Shown: positions 60,482 to 64,000 of the stretch, in pieces
How the letters are laid out: the number at the start of each line of letters is the position of its first letter
Position numbering within the stretch: position 1 is the stretch's first letter
Assembly (NCBI GenBank): GCA_965223505.1
Contig: CBDCWP010000002.1
Coordinates: 1 to 64,000, forward strand
Source of the DNA: Planctomycetota bacterium
Lineage (GTDB): Bacteria; Planctomycetota; PLA2; JAEUHO01
Length of the DNA stretch: 64,000 nucleotides
Direction: 5' to 3'
Made by a program: the position numbers and the translations under genes
Notes under the pieces: model-generated
The model's input: only the letters and a program-made list of their open reading frames with translations
Databases searched by the model: none
What the model was told of the DNA's origin: nothing

Positions 60482-61974
60482 CAGTCGCCCTGGGGCGGAT
60501 TCAGCAGGACGCGGGCGCCCGCTTCGATTCCTTTCGCGATGCTGATGCGGCCTGCCGCGCTGCGGCCGGGCACCACGGGGACCGGCTTCGGCCCGTCGGC
60601 GCCGACCACGTACACGACCGTCTGACCGTCGAGTTCCGTGAAGCAGCTGGCGGGCAGCGACAGCTCCTTGAGCTCGGACCGCCTGACGAGGGCGACCTCG
60701 CAGCTCATGCCGGGCGCAAGCCGCTTGTCCCACTCGATCATCTGCAGCACGACGTCGTGCTTGCCGTTCGATCCGAACGGGTCGAGCGCGAGGACCTTGG
60801 CGCGCAGACTCGCGCTCTTGTCGGCGCTCGGCGTGACGCGGGCCAACGACCCGACCTCCAGGCGGAAGAGCTCGCCCTCATCGATCTTGACACGCACGCG
60901 CGCGTTCTCGATCCCCCCTGGGACGACCGTCAACACGACCGTTCCCGGCCTCACCTCCAGGCGCCTGCGGACCATCTCCGCCCCGCCGAGACGGCGGGTC
61001 CACGTGCCGCCCTCGTAGACCGCCGTGGTGTCGCGCCCGGACCACTTGCCGGCCGAGAAGATGCCCGGAACGGCCGTGCCCGACACGGTGGCCTTGACGC
61101 TCATGCCCTCGCGATCGGCACGCAGCTCGGTGAGGCGCTCCTCCCGGTTCCGCAAGTCGTCGCGCGCCTTGACCATCTCCAGCTCCGCTTCGTCGAGCTG
61201 TCGCGCCGCGCGGTTGTTGAACACCTGGAGCGCCATCGCGGCCTTGCGCGCGCCGAGAACGCGATCCTCTTCGTCGCGCGGCAGCGTCACCTCCAGGAAG
61301 CGACGGTGACGCTCCTCCGCGAAGCCGAGCGACTTGAGCGCCCGCTTCAGCGAGCGCCGCGCGCGCATCAAGACGATCTCCTCGGTCTCCTCCGTGAGAT
61401 CGTCTTCGCCGTACATCTTCTCGAGCTGCGCCAGCTCCTCCTTTTGGTCCTCGATGCGGTCGCGCCGGCCCTCGATGCCGTGCTTGCTCTCTTCGATTCG
61501 CATGGGCTTGCTGACCTCGAGGAAGTACCGCAGCTCCTCGGCCGTGCGCGCCTGCTTGCGCTCGGCTTCGAGGCGCTCGATCGCGAACTCCTCCTTCTTG
61601 AGCTGGAAGGCGGCCTCCAGCCGCTGGTGCTTGATCTTCGCCAGCGCGAGCTCGACCTCGGTTCGCTCGATCGCCTCGTCGATCTCCGTCGTCTCGAACG
61701 TCAGGACCGGCTCGCCTTTGACGGCTTTGGGGGTGTACGACTCGATCTTCAGCGGTCCCCGATACGCCTTCGGCCTGAAGGACACGTGCTGCACGTCCGA
61801 CGACGGTACGAAGACCCCCTTCGTCGTGAGCTCGGGGCCGAAGCTGACGCGCTCGGCGACGACCGTCTCCGGCTCGTCGACGACCCCGTCGGCCCGGACC
61901 GACGGCGCCGGGCAGGCGAGCATCAAGAGTAGGGCTGCCGAAGCCCAGAGGCCGGGCGAGTTCAGGCGTCGCAT
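60481..61974 (-). CDS. HlyD/RND periplasmic adaptor-like protein with long coiled coil
   Basis: VKGEPVLTF, extended heptad coiled coil, LAPGMSCEV, LPASC and GIEAGARVLL motifs. Confidence 0.75.
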   Translation of the reverse strand: MRRLNSPGLWASAALLLMLACPAPSVRADGVVDEPETVVAERVSFGPELTTKGVFVPSSDVQHVSFRPKAYRGPLKIESYTPKAVKGEPVLTFETTEIDEAIERTEVELALAKIKHQRLEAAFQLKKEEFAIERLEAERKQARTAEELRYFLEVSKPMRIEESKHGIEGRRDRIEDQKEELAQLEKMYGEDDLTEETEEIVLMRARRSLKRALKSLGFAEERHRRFLEVTLPRDEEDRVLGARKAAMALQVFNNRAARQLDEAELEMVKARDDLRNREERLTELRADREGMSVKATVSGTAVPGIFSAGKWSGRDTTAVYEGGTWTRRLGGAEMVRRRLEVRPGTVVLTVVPGGIENARVRVKIDEGELFRLEVGSLARVTPSADKSASLRAKVLALDPFGSNGKHDVVLQMIEWDKRLAPGMSCEVALVRRSELKELSLPASCFTELDGQTVVYVVGADGPKPVPVVPGRSAAGRISIAKGIEAGARVLLNPPQGD

Positions 61975-62116
61975 GGCGTTGCTCCTCGGATCGGGATTAC
62001 GGAATCGTACGCAGCGAAGCGTCCCGCGGATAGCGGCGGCCCGACCGCGGGGCTTCGCTCGCACCCCGACTACCGCTAGGCTTACGCGCGCCGCGGCGGC
62101 GCGGCCCGGGAGGTCT

Positions 62117-64000
<1,884 letters not shown>

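Overview
High-GC bacterial chromosomal window of about 50 tightly packed genes. The gene content (TPR/HEAT exported proteins, DUF1579, DUF4388-PEGA-PQQ proteins, prenyltransferase-repeat proteins, stand-alone Ser/Thr kinase) suggests a Planctomycetota-like organism; this is inference only. Housekeeping genes: cmk, galE, aroA, purC, purE, mtnA, an S1-domain rpsA-like gene, recQ, RNase HIII, ABC-F, aas-like, FKBP and TrmH. Accessory modules: (i) boxC-boxB followed by a DUF971 gene, with no boxA or boxR in the window; (ii) an ECF sigma / membrane anti-sigma / duplicated secretin-like operon; (iii) a TolB-like/TPR regulator + tautomerase + AhpD-like cassette; (iv) two ABC-2 exporters around a DUF1579 array; (v) a salicylyl/anthraniloyl-CoA monooxygenase-reductase at the right edge. 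The main non-coding signal is a family of ~87-89 bp GTAG...CTAC REP-doublet (REPIN-like) elements, three full and one degenerate, whose ends overlap stop codons. Clusters of apparent +1 frameshifts (8.3-9.7 kb, 33.0-34.8 kb, ~63.8 kb) look like sequencing or assembly errors. I saw no rRNA, tRNA, CRISPR array or transposase. All family assignments come from motif recognition by eye, not database searches.
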